Origin: a virus
Strand: one strand, 5' to 3'
Virus record (IMG/VR): IMGVR_UViG_3300046167_000815
Span: 15,212-79,211 of that record
Length of the DNA: 64,000 nucleotides
In this document: positions 11,029 through 22,200 of the stretch, piece after piece
How positions within the stretch are numbered: position 1 is the stretch's first letter
How the letters are laid out: each line of letters starts with the position of its first letter
The notes under the pieces: generated by a model
Seen by the model: the letters and a program-made list of their open reading frames with translations, nothing else
The model's database searches: none
What the model was told of the DNA's origin: nothing
Made by a program: the position numbers and the translations under genes

Positions 11029-14000
11029 TGGCAAAGAAAAAAATTTATATAGATCCTTCAAAACGTGGTACGTTTACAGCAGAAGCTAAAAAACGTGGTA
11101 TGGGTGTACAAGAATTTGCTTCAAAAGTAATGTCTAATAAAGATAGGTACTCTTCTTCAATGGTTAAACAAGCAAACTTTGCACGTAATGCTGCTAATTG
11201 GAATCAAGACGGAGGAAATATAGATTCTATGAATGCTATGATGAAAGCAAGATTAGCATATGCTAATGAATTTGGAAATAATAGTGCTAAAAGAATGGTT
11301 GCTCCTGTAGATAATTCATATGATTTTGGCGATGGTAGAACAGGTACTCATTATATGGGCAGTTACGGCAATTATGCTATTCCTAATATACAAGACGTAG
11401 AAGGAAGTCTTCAAATGACAGGTCCTAGAATGGACGAAGCTATATTTTTTGATCGTCCTGAAGATGCTACTTATTTTGCCAATGAAAACTATAAACGTGT
11501 ATCTCCAGCATTCCAACAAAACGGAGGAAATATGAATGCTGTAAGTTTAATGGGTTACAGAGATGATTCTCCTTTTCGTAATGAAGAAAGTCTTAATATA
11601 TACTCTCCTGACGGGCTTATAGATATGTCTAATGTAGGCATGCCTATAGTAGCTAACGGCCAAGTATTAGATCCTTATTCTGGAATAAATCAAGTACCTC
11701 CTACAAAAAGTGGTTACGTAAGGGAAACTCCTTTAGAAACTTTTGAAAATGGAGGACGTATGGTTCCGCCTAATATTCCTATGTATTACCAAGATTTTGG
11801 AACACCTATTTATAGAGATACAACTGAGATTCCTCCTAGTTTTCAAAATGGAGGCGGTCTTTATACATATCCTGGAAGACCTGGAGCAGTATATGAAAAA
11901 GGAACAGACGGAAATTGGAAAATTAATTTAGGAGCTGATACGCAAGGAAAATTTATTCCTATTGTAGATCCTAGATTAACAAGAACAGAACAGTTAAATT
12001 TAAATGCTGTTCCTTTAGAAGAAACAGAATCTGTTGTTCCAGGTTACAATGAGTCTGCTTACTTTGACGATTTAAAATATTTAGAAAACAGTATTAAAAA
12101 AGGATTTAAAGACGGTAGATGGTATCCGCATGTTTCTTTAGAAGGAGGTGAAAAAACAATTGCATACGGCCATAAATTAAAAAAAGGAGAAGATTTTTCT
12201 AAAGGACTCTCTCAAGAAGAGGCCGAGGCTTTAATGCTTAAAGACTATACTGTTAAAAAATCTTCTGCTCAAAAACATGTAGATAAAGAATTTGGAAAAG
12301 GAACTTTTGAAAATTTAGATCCTCGTAAACAAATACTATTAACAGACTATCAATATAATGTAGGACTTACTAAATTTCCTAAATTAACTGAGGCAGTAGT
12401 AACAGATAATATAGATGCTGCTTTAAAAGAATACAAAAGATATCACAGTGGTAAAAAACCTTTAGTAGAAAGAAATAAATGGACAGAAGAACAAATAAAA
12501 TCTTTTGCCTACGGAGGTAATATTTATAAATCTGGCGGCTACACAGTTACTAGATCTAACGACAGAAAAGGTAAAACTCATAAGGTAACTAGAAAGTCAG
12601 ATGGCAAAGTTAAATATTACGGCCATCCTATGAGAAACCAACCAAAGAATAAAAAAGTAAAAGAGGCTGCTGAAGCTAGACACAGAGCTCAAGGAAATTT
12701 CCGTAATCCTTTCTTTAAAGCTTATTGGGATAAAACTTGGAAAAACGGTGGAGTAATGGACTCTTATAATTCTTATCAATTTGGAGGTTCTATGCAAGAA
12801 CTGCAAGAAAAAGAATCTAAAAGTTATTACGATGTAGAAGGTGTAAATAAAGAAAAACTACAAGAATGGTATAATATTGGTAAAGTTGCTCCTACTAATA
12901 TTGGAGAAGCAAAGTTATTAGCAGAAGCAATAGGATATACTCCTGCTCAATCAAATATTGTAGCGGCACAATGGGCTTTAGAATCTGCTAGAGGAACAAA
13001 AACAGGAGGACAATTTAATTATTTTGGTATTAAATCTCATAGTAAAGCAACTAGAGATAAATTAAAAAATAAATACAATATAAATGTATCTACTGCTGCA
13101 CCAGTATCTACTCAAGAAGAATTTACTCCAGGCAAAAAAGAAACAATTAAATCTAGTTTTTTAAATTTTGATGATCCTATAGCTGCTTTTTTAGGACACA
13201 AAGCATTTTTAGAAACTAATAAAAGATATGAAAAAGCTTTAAAAGCAGAAACTTCTTTTGATTTTGCTAAAGAGTTAAAAAATGCAGGATATGCAACTTC
13301 TGCAAAATATGCTCCTACTTTAGGGTCTATAGCTTATCCTTTTTTATCTTCAGAAGAAATAGAAAAGTTTAAAAGTTTAGGATCAAAAATAAAAGACACA
13401 TTACCAAAAGATAAAAAAACAAAATTAGTACAAGATAATATTGCACCCACACCCGTAGTTAAAGATGTTTTTACTCCTACAGAAATTCCAGGAACTAAAG
13501 TATCAGACGCTAAATTATTTGAAAGAAATATGAAACTGCCAAAAAACACAACCAACTTAGAAATAAAAAATGTCGTTCCTAAAAGAACTCCACAATTTGG
13601 GGCTTCTGCATTTGGACAAGGACAAATGTTTAAAACATACGGAGGTAAAACTTACCAAGGAAATGTGTATAGAAACGGAGAAATTCTTGCTGGAATAGGC
13701 GCAGGATTATATGGTGCTGCAGAAGGAATTCTTGATACAGTGACTCTTGGTCTTACTGATAACCTAACTGATAAAGGTTTTGACGCTCTTTTTACAGGAG
13801 AAAAAAATAAAAATGTAGGCGGAATTAGAGGAGCAGGTAATGTTGTAGGGGGAGTTGCAGGAGGATTTATTAATCCTGCAGGAACAGGAGCTGCGGTAGG
13901 ACAAGTTGCTGGAGGTATGGGAGAAATGGCAGAAGCAACAGGAAACGAAAGATTAGACGCTGCAGGAAATGTTATAGAAGCTACAGGAAATGTAGTAGGG

Positions 14001-16197
14001 AACTTTGTAGCTTATGGCGGGAACATACATCAAGTTGATCCTAATATGTCTGTAGGAACAAATATGTTAGGAAAACAATATGCTATTCCTGCAGGATATA
14101 AAGAAATGTATCAACAAAATTTAGGAGAAGCTATTCCTGAAGGAGCTACTTTATCACAAAGTGCTTTTGATTTATTTAATACTCAAGGAAAAATATCTAG
14201 TTGGAACGCTCCAAATACTCCAGACCCTTCTGCTGAAAAAGCTTATAAATACGCTGACTACAGTACTGGAAGCGGAGATGTAAGAGCTAACCCACAAAGT
14301 AGAGCAAAACAAAGTGATTACGTTAAACCAGGACAAGTAAAAATGGTACATCCAGACGGAAGGTCTATGTATACAGATCCGCAAAATGCACAGTTATTAA
14401 TACAAAAAGGTTACCAACAAGAAGGAGTTAATCTTGTTGACGCTGCTACTTTTGGATACGGAGGTAAATATTATGGTTACGGAAGTAAGATGTACAACGA
14501 TTATGCAAAAGGAGGTAAACTTCCTGAAAGTGTATTACGTAGTAGACTAGAATCTCATATGTCAAAATCAGAAGCTGATGATTACATCAACAGTTATAAG
14601 AAAGGCGGTAACATGATTAAAAGAGCAGACGGTTCTTATAGTCAAAGAGGATTGTGGGATAATATTAGAGCTAATAAAGGTTCTGGTAAAAAGCCTACTA
14701 AAGAAATGCTAAAACAAGAAAAGAAAATAAAAGGCAATAAAAAAACTTACGGAAGCAACATGTACAATAATGGAGGTTTCGGTATGAATACTATGAATGA
14801 AATTCCTGTAACAGAATTTAATGCAGGAGGCACTCACGAACAAAATCCTTTAGGAGGAATTCCACAAGGAATGGGAACTAATGGAAAAGTTAATTTAGTA
14901 GAACAAGGAGAGTTAAAAATAACAGATCCTAGAGATCCTTCTGGACAGTCTAAATTTATTGTATCTGCACAAAAAGATATGATTATTACTAAAGAAATAG
15001 CAGAAGAAAATAATCTTCCTAAAACTTTTGTAAATAAAACTGTTCGTAAAGCAGCAGACATGTTGTTAAGAAAAGATTCTAGAAGAGAAGGAGATACTAT
15101 TGAAGAAAATTCTAAACAACAAGACCTTATAGGATTTTTACAAGCTCATGAAACTTTAACTGCTATGAAAGAAGCAGAACAAAATGCAGAGTTTCAAGAA
15201 AAAATGATGACTCTTTCAGAAGAGTACCCTGAGCAAATGGCTACTATAATGCCTCCTCAATCAGAAATGGAAACAGAGATGGCTCCAGAAATGCCTAACC
15301 AAATTCCATTAGGAATGGCTATGCGATATGGAGGTAAAAAGAAAAAATACAAATATGGACACGGATCTAATATGTATACAATGGGAACAAATGTTCACCA
15401 AGTAGATCCAAACATGACATCTTTTACTCCTACTTTTCCTGAACCTACGCCTTTTTCTGCTGGTGTTGCCGACACTCTTCCTTTAAGACCTTTTGCAGAA
15501 ATGGATACTGCAGGTACTCCTAGTACTTCAGATTTTTTAGGATTATCTGACTCTCAAAAATTTGAAACAACAGACAGAGAATTAGCTAGTTATAAAGAAA
15601 TGCAAGATACAGATAGTCAAGATTCTGAAAAACAAAGTTTTGTAAATTATGCAGGACAGCTTTTACCTGCTGCTTTAAATATAGGTATGGGGACTTTTTG
15701 GAAAAGAAGACACTGTTAATCTAGGAAGAGTATCTTCTAGAACTTTGCCAGAAACAGACGTTAGTCAACAATTAAGAGATGCAAGAATGAGCGCTGCTAG
15801 AACTGCTAATCAAATGCGAGGATCAGGACAAGCAGGAAGTTATTTAGCAAATATTGCTAATTTAAAAAATATTGATGATGCTACAAAAGCTAGAATATAT
15901 CAAGATAAATACAATAGAGATGCGGCCATAGCTGCTAGACAAGCACAAATGGATATAAATGTAGATCGAGCTAACTTAGGTCTAAAAGCACAAGAAGAAC
16001 AATACAAGAGAGCTGCTGAAGCTGCTAAACAAAAACAACTATTTACAGGAATAGGGCAGGCAGCACAAAAACTTAGAGCAGATCAATTAGATGATATAGC
16101 TCAAGCATACAATAGACAATTTTCTGATAGATATGGATTTGATTATGAAAAACCTTTTCAAAGAAAAAATAAAAGAAAAAATAAAAACGGTAACTAA
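11028..16197 (+). CDS. Ejected cargo protein with lysozyme-like and GH73 glucosaminidase domains (frameshift near 15690 joins 15745-16197)
   Basis: Follows the muzzle gene and has the GGTHEQNPLGGIPQG...NLVEQGE core. Lysozyme-like LE...TIAYGHKL at ~12060-12500, GH73 AQWALES/NYFGIK/GYAT at ~12900-13340, and a glycine-zipper hydrophobic segment. Confidence 0.75.
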
Positions 16198-16225
16198 GGT
16201 TAAGAGAAAAAAGCCAAAATAAATA

Positions 16226-19204
16226 ATGGATATGAATAAGTTTCAATTAGGCACTATATTGCCGCAGACACAAGCAATTCCTTTTCAATATACTCCTTTA
16301 GGATTAGAAGCTTTTGCTCAACCTATTGCTATGAAGCAACAAAGGTTTGATACTGTTTTAGGCGCTGTAGAGGATACAGAATTTAATATAGAACATCTTT
16401 CGGGAGATAAACAATCTCAAGAAAAATTAAAACAAGAATTAGAAGAACACAAAGCTGCTTTACTTGCAGACTTAGATAAAACTTCTAATTATAAAGATGC
16501 CGCACGTAGACTTAAAACTCTTAATAAAATTTATAATTCAGATGCAGAAATTACAGGCATTAGAAATCAAGCAGCTTCTTTTGCTGCAGAAGATAAAGTT
16601 GCAAGAGAGCGTATAGATGGAAAAACTTATACTCAAGATGATTACGAAAAGTGGAAGTTTAAAGCATTAAATAGTTATAATGAACAAGGAGGTCTTAATT
16701 TTGATAGAGCTACTGGAAACTATACTCCTATAGACGTATCTCAACGAGGTGATAATTTAGAAAAAGAAATTAGAGACGATGCTCAAAAATCCGCTAAGAG
16801 TACTCCTATGCAAATAAGAGAAACTTATGGTGATATAGATCCTGGTACTATGTCTAGAATAGAAACTCTTTATAAAGAAAGATCTTTAGACCCTACAGCT
16901 ACTCATCAAGGTATTGCATTAGAAATAGAAAACTGGCTTAAACAATCAGATCGTTATAAAAACTTTATTGAGGAAAAAGCAGAATACGATTTTTATTACG
17001 ACTCAAGACATAATCCTAATTTTATTGATGATGTTCTTAGTAATCAAGAAGCAAGATATGAAGATACTATGTCTATTTATTCTCAACTTGCTCAACAACC
17101 AGAAGTAGGAAGCGATAAAAGGGAGGAATATCAAAATATAGTAAAAAAATTAGGAAGAAATTATAATGAATTTTTAGATTTAAAAGAACAAGCACAAGCT
17201 AGTAATAAAATGTTGCCGCTTGCAGAACAACTTTATATAGAAAATGTTAAAGGAGACTATTTAGGAGATGTAGCTAGAGCAGCAGGAGACTTAGTAGATG
17301 TAAGCCAAGTTAAATTTAATATTAAAGAAGGCGGATCTGGATCAGGAAGTGGCGTTGCAAAAAAACTTGAAAATATTGAAAATTTAGAAGTAAATACTTC
17401 TACTATAGATTATAGTGCTAAAAATGCTCCTATAATACAAGGAGGTTCTACTTCTGCTCTTGATGTAACTGAACAAGAAAAAATATTTAATAAAGGGCAA
17501 GCAGAATTAGTTAGAGATTTTGATTTCCCGCATAGAGATTCAGAAGCTTTTAAAGCTAGTCAAATTATAAGTAACGATGACAATATAAATCTTTTAAAAG
17601 AAGAAGACCAAACTAAATTTAGAGCAGTTTCTGACGACGCAAACGATTTTTATACTCTTATGAAGAGAGATGAAAAGTTTGAAAAGAGTATAGAAGATAA
17701 AGACTTACAAATAGAAGAGTTAAGGAAAGTTCTTAGTACAGGAACTGCAAATGAAATAGCAGAAGCTACTTCTAAAATTACAGGTCTTAACCAAGATAAA
17801 GAAGAAATAAAATTACAAAGAGAAGCAGAGTTTAATGAAATAGATAATTTATTAGATGAAGCTTATCCTGTAGTTACTGGAGGCAATAGACTAGTTCCTG
17901 AATTAGATAATTTTAATCTTACTACTGCTACTAGACAAGAAAAATATAAAGCATTTTATAATTTATATAAAGATCAACTTGTAAGTCAATCTAATCTTTT
18001 TAGTACAGAAAGGGCTGCTTCTAGTCAAGTAGAAAGTGATCTAGGTACTTTAGAAGAAGTACGTAAACAAGAAGAATTAGAAAAACAACAAAGACTACAA
18101 GATGAAGGAACTTTAGCTGAAGTAGGAAAAGTTTCTTTATCAGAAACTCCTACTGAATTTACTCTTAGTATTTTTAATGCAAGTTATCCTAGTCATACAG
18201 CAATTCAAACTTTAAGAAATTCTTTAACTGCTCGTAGTGCTGCAACAACTCATGAAGTTATTGTAGATGAACACAGTAATGCATTTACAGAGGGTACTCT
18301 TAAAAAAATTACAGATGAATTTGAAAAAAATCCTCCAGGTTCTGATGGAGCAGGAAAAGTAGTAAACTTTGATGCAGCTACTGGAAAAATTACTTATCTA
18401 CCTAAAGTGGTTAACTATAATTTAGAAAATTATGAAAAACCTGCATATGAAGGAAGAGCTAAAGGACCTGAAGAAAATACTATAGATCTTTTTAGATACA
18501 ATAGAATGCCTTTAGACAAAGCAGAAATAGCCAAAATAATTAAAAGAACAAAAACAACAGAAGGAGAAGTTACTAATGAAGAGGTTAGAGAGTGGAAACA
18601 AAATAATCCTCAAACTATGGTACTTGCTTCAATAGGTAAAAGTTATAATGTTGATCAAAAAGCTGCTAAAACATTTACAGAGTACGCAGGAGCTGCAATA
18701 GCAGGCGATAACCCTTACGCTTTTGAAACAGTGTTAAATAGTTATTCTGCTATAAATATTTTAACAGATCCTGATAGAAGAAAAAGATATAACCAAATGT
18801 CTTCGTCTTTACAGCAGTTAATTAAACAAAAAAATACTAATAGAGTATTAACGCAAACTCCTAATATATGGCAAAGTGACGGAGAAACTAGTTCGGGGTA
18901 TTTTTTAGATTATAGATATGAACCAGATCCAATTAATAAAGAATTAGGAAAAATAATAGTAGACGTTAGTCAAATTACTATAAATAATGCAACAGGAGAA
19001 CAGTTATCAAACACTCCAGTAACTACTCATACAATGCCTGGTATAAATTCTCAAAGTATTAGAGCTATGGATGTTTTTTATGGAGTAGGTAATGATGATG
19101 ACGTAGTAAGAAATCCACAAGCAAACTTAGGAGAAGATGCTTTTCTTCCTGCAAGTTTTTTGCCTTTAGACTATTTAAAACTAAAGCATAGATACGGTAA
19201 ATAA
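16226..19204 (+). CDS. Ejected cargo/internal virion protein
   Basis: 992-aa helical acidic protein between cargo 1 and the vRNAP cluster. Confidence 0.6.
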   Translation: MDMNKFQLGTILPQTQAIPFQYTPLGLEAFAQPIAMKQQRFDTVLGAVEDTEFNIEHLSGDKQSQEKLKQELEEHKAALLADLDKTSNYKDAARRLKTLNKIYNSDAEITGIRNQAASFAAEDKVARERIDGKTYTQDDYEKWKFKALNSYNEQGGLNFDRATGNYTPIDVSQRGDNLEKEIRDDAQKSAKSTPMQIRETYGDIDPGTMSRIETLYKERSLDPTATHQGIALEIENWLKQSDRYKNFIEEKAEYDFYYDSRHNPNFIDDVLSNQEARYEDTMSIYSQLAQQPEVGSDKREEYQNIVKKLGRNYNEFLDLKEQAQASNKMLPLAEQLYIENVKGDYLGDVARAAGDLVDVSQVKFNIKEGGSGSGSGVAKKLENIENLEVNTSTIDYSAKNAPIIQGGSTSALDVTEQEKIFNKGQAELVRDFDFPHRDSEAFKASQIISNDDNINLLKEEDQTKFRAVSDDANDFYTLMKRDEKFEKSIEDKDLQIEELRKVLSTGTANEIAEATSKITGLNQDKEEIKLQREAEFNEIDNLLDEAYPVVTGGNRLVPELDNFNLTTATRQEKYKAFYNLYKDQLVSQSNLFSTERAASSQVESDLGTLEEVRKQEELEKQQRLQDEGTLAEVGKVSLSETPTEFTLSIFNASYPSHTAIQTLRNSLTARSAATTHEVIVDEHSNAFTEGTLKKITDEFEKNPPGSDGAGKVVNFDAATGKITYLPKVVNYNLENYEKPAYEGRAKGPEENTIDLFRYNRMPLDKAEIAKIIKRTKTTEGEVTNEEVREWKQNNPQTMVLASIGKSYNVDQKAAKTFTEYAGAAIAGDNPYAFETVLNSYSAINILTDPDRRKRYNQMSSSLQQLIKQKNTNRVLTQTPNIWQSDGETSSGYFLDYRYEPDPINKELGKIIVDVSQITINNATGEQLSNTPVTTHTMPGINSQSIRAMDVFYGVGNDDDVVRNPQANLGEDAFLPASFLPLDYLKLKHRYGK

Positions 19205-19208
19205 TTTT

Positions 19209-19216
19209 TATCTTTG
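19209..19216 (+). promoter_or_regulatory. Bacteroidota -7 element
   Basis: TATCTTTG, 4 nt before ATG 19221. Confidence 0.55.
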
Positions 19217-19220
19217 AAAC

Positions 19221-22200
19221 ATGGAAGAAGAAGAGTACTTAGATGATTCTAAAAAAGTAGAAGTTAAAGGTGTAGAAACTGCTCCTATTGCAGAAGAGGT
19301 TATAAAACCTGTTGAAGATATTGTAGTAGATATAGAAGAGCCTAAAAAAACTAAACCTAAAGCTACTAGTACTAAAGATACTACCGAACCTATTGTTGAT
19401 ACTACTTCTAAAATAGAAGAAGAGGTACAAACAAAAGATATTTTTGACGGCCTAAGAAAAAAACCTTTTCCTGCAGCTATGGAGTTTTCTACTCCTAAAA
19501 CACAACAAGAAGCTTTTTCTAGACAATTAGGATCAAGAGCTGCCGCACCTACTACTTCTACTATAAAAGGATTTACAGGAATAATAGATTATGATGCTTT
19601 ACAAGAAGTATATGCTCCAGTAGATTTAGCTGTTGGAATTCCTGACCCACAAGAACGTGAAAGTTTTATAGCCAGTAATGGCAGTAAAATGGTAAAACTT
19701 TTTAATGAAAATGATTTTGGAGTAAAGTTTGAATCTGATCTAGCAGACTTAGCAAAATATAAAGAAAAACAATATCCATTAGCAGTTAAAAAGTTTATAG
19801 ACGACCTAGATGCAAATCAAGGATGGATGGCAGAGTCAATGCTAACTCTTACTAAATTTATAGGTAAAATAGCAGTAGGTGTACCTGCTACTATGTTAGC
19901 TTCAGTATATGGAGCAGGGTCTGCATTAGTTAATTGGGATTCCCGTAAGTTTTACGACAATGCTGTAATGGACGCTGCAGAACTTTTAGACCAGTCTGTA
20001 GATAAATATACTGCTATATATGGAGGATCAGATGTTTTTGATTTTGAAATAAACCCAGATACAGGAATATACGAATTTAAACAAAAAGATTTTTTAGCCA
20101 GAATGGCCTCTGATCCTTTAAAATCTATTAATGCCGACGTAGTTCCTGCTGCAGCTTTTATTGCAGATATGGTTATTTCTGAAAGTGCTTTTGGAGCATT
20201 AACTGCCGCTACAGGAGGTTTAGCTACAGGAGGACTTGCAGTAAATACCGCTAGGTTAGCAAATAAAGCAAAACAATTAAGTGGTTGGGCTACAAGAACA
20301 GGACAATATTCTAAAGCTAATCGCATACTAAGAGGGATAGACAAAGTAGACGATGTTAAAGCTGCTGCAGATATAGCAGAAAAAACACAAAGATATAGAT
20401 CTGCTTTTGGAACAATAGGATCTATGTATCGTTCTTCTGCTTACGAATCTGCTTTAATAGCTAGAGACACAGATAAACATACATTAGAACTATTAATTTC
20501 TCAGCATAAAGAACGTGAAGGTACAGAACCTACAAAATTAGATTTAATACGTTATAAAGAGTTAGCTAAAAGTGCAGGAGAACAAGCTTACGGTCTTAAT
20601 GCAATATTAGTAGGTGGTAGTAACTTAATACAATTTCCTAGACTACTAACAAAAAACTATAAAGTAGCGTCTTCTAGAAAAGGAGTATTTGATTCTTTAA
20701 AGCTAGGAGGAACTCAGTTTAAAAACGGAAAGCATATAGCAAATGTAGATGCTAAAAAATATTTAAAAACTTTAGGTTATACTAAAGCCGCTATTAAAGG
20801 AGGTATAACAGAAGGATTTGAAGAACTTTCTCAAGGTGCACTAGAAGAAGGATTAGTAGATTATTTTGCATCTAAGTACAGCGAAGACTCTAATAGAAAT
20901 GCTTTAGAATTAATAAATGCAGTAACAAATAAAGCCTCCACATACTTAAATACTGTTGAAGGACGAGATAGTGTTACTATTGGAGCAATGATGGGTATGC
21001 TAGGAATTAGAGTTCCTTTTGTTAAAAAAAGTGATTCTAAGTTGGGGTTCTCTCTTACTACAAAAGGTTTTGGTGGAGCTCGGCAAGAAATCCAAGAAAC
21101 TAGAAAAAAAATAAAGGAAGCTAGATCTAATGCAGAACTTTTAAATTCTGATTTAAATTTTAATCCTGTATTAAGCACTACTTTTGAAAATTCTATGCGG
21201 CATATTCAGAGCCAAAAAAATATGGATGCTGCAGCTAATAATGGAGATACTTATAGATATAAAAATTCAGAATTTGATTCTTTATTTAGTTTAGTACACA
21301 CAAGAACTAAAAACGGATTAGAAGATACTATAGCACAAGAATTAGACGGTGCTTTAGAAATGCCTATTGAAAAGTTTAACGAAACTTATGCTACTAAAGG
21401 AGTAGAAAATTATACAGAAGAAACTAGGGCCCAAGCTGTAGAGTCTGCTAAAAATACTGCCGCTAAAATGGTAGAGTCTATAAAAAGTGTAGAAGCTTTA
21501 TTAGCGAATAAAAAACCAGATCTTTTAACAAGAGCTGCAGAAGAAGCCTGGTTAGCAATAACTGGCAAAGAAGCAAAAACTACTTTAGATCTTTCACAAG
21601 TAGAACAAGGTATTAAAGACCAAATGGTTTATTTACATGCTGCAGTAGAAAATACTTCAAAACGTGAAGCAGAGCTTTTAGAACAAATAAGAGAAAAAAC
21701 TGGTCACAGTTTTCCTTTGTCTACATTAGATAGATTATTAACACAAGTTTCTGGAATAAGAATAGAGGACGGCAAACTTACATTTAGTAATAGAGCACAA
21801 CAAGTAAAAGAAGAAGTACTTAAAGAATATGAAAATCTTTTAGATTCTTATAAAAAGGAAGACCCTGTTAATTATAACATGAATGTAGCAGAAGTGTCTG
21901 ATTTACTAGATGATGTTTTAAAATTAAAAATTAGAAGAGGGGAAGCTTCTAGAATGTACCGTGAGCTTTTTACAGAAAAAGGATCTAAAGCATTTGCTGA
22001 TTTTGCAGTAGCTTTATCTATTGCTGCAGATAAAAACAGAAATAAGATAGCAAAAGAAGATATTATTGAAAAGGAAGTGCAAGAAAGTAGAAATGCAACT
22101 CTTTCTAGACAACAAAAAAATGAACTTTCTGTTTTTGGAAATACTGATATTGTAGATGCTAAAATAAATTCTGATACAGTAAACGGTATAAAAGAAATAC

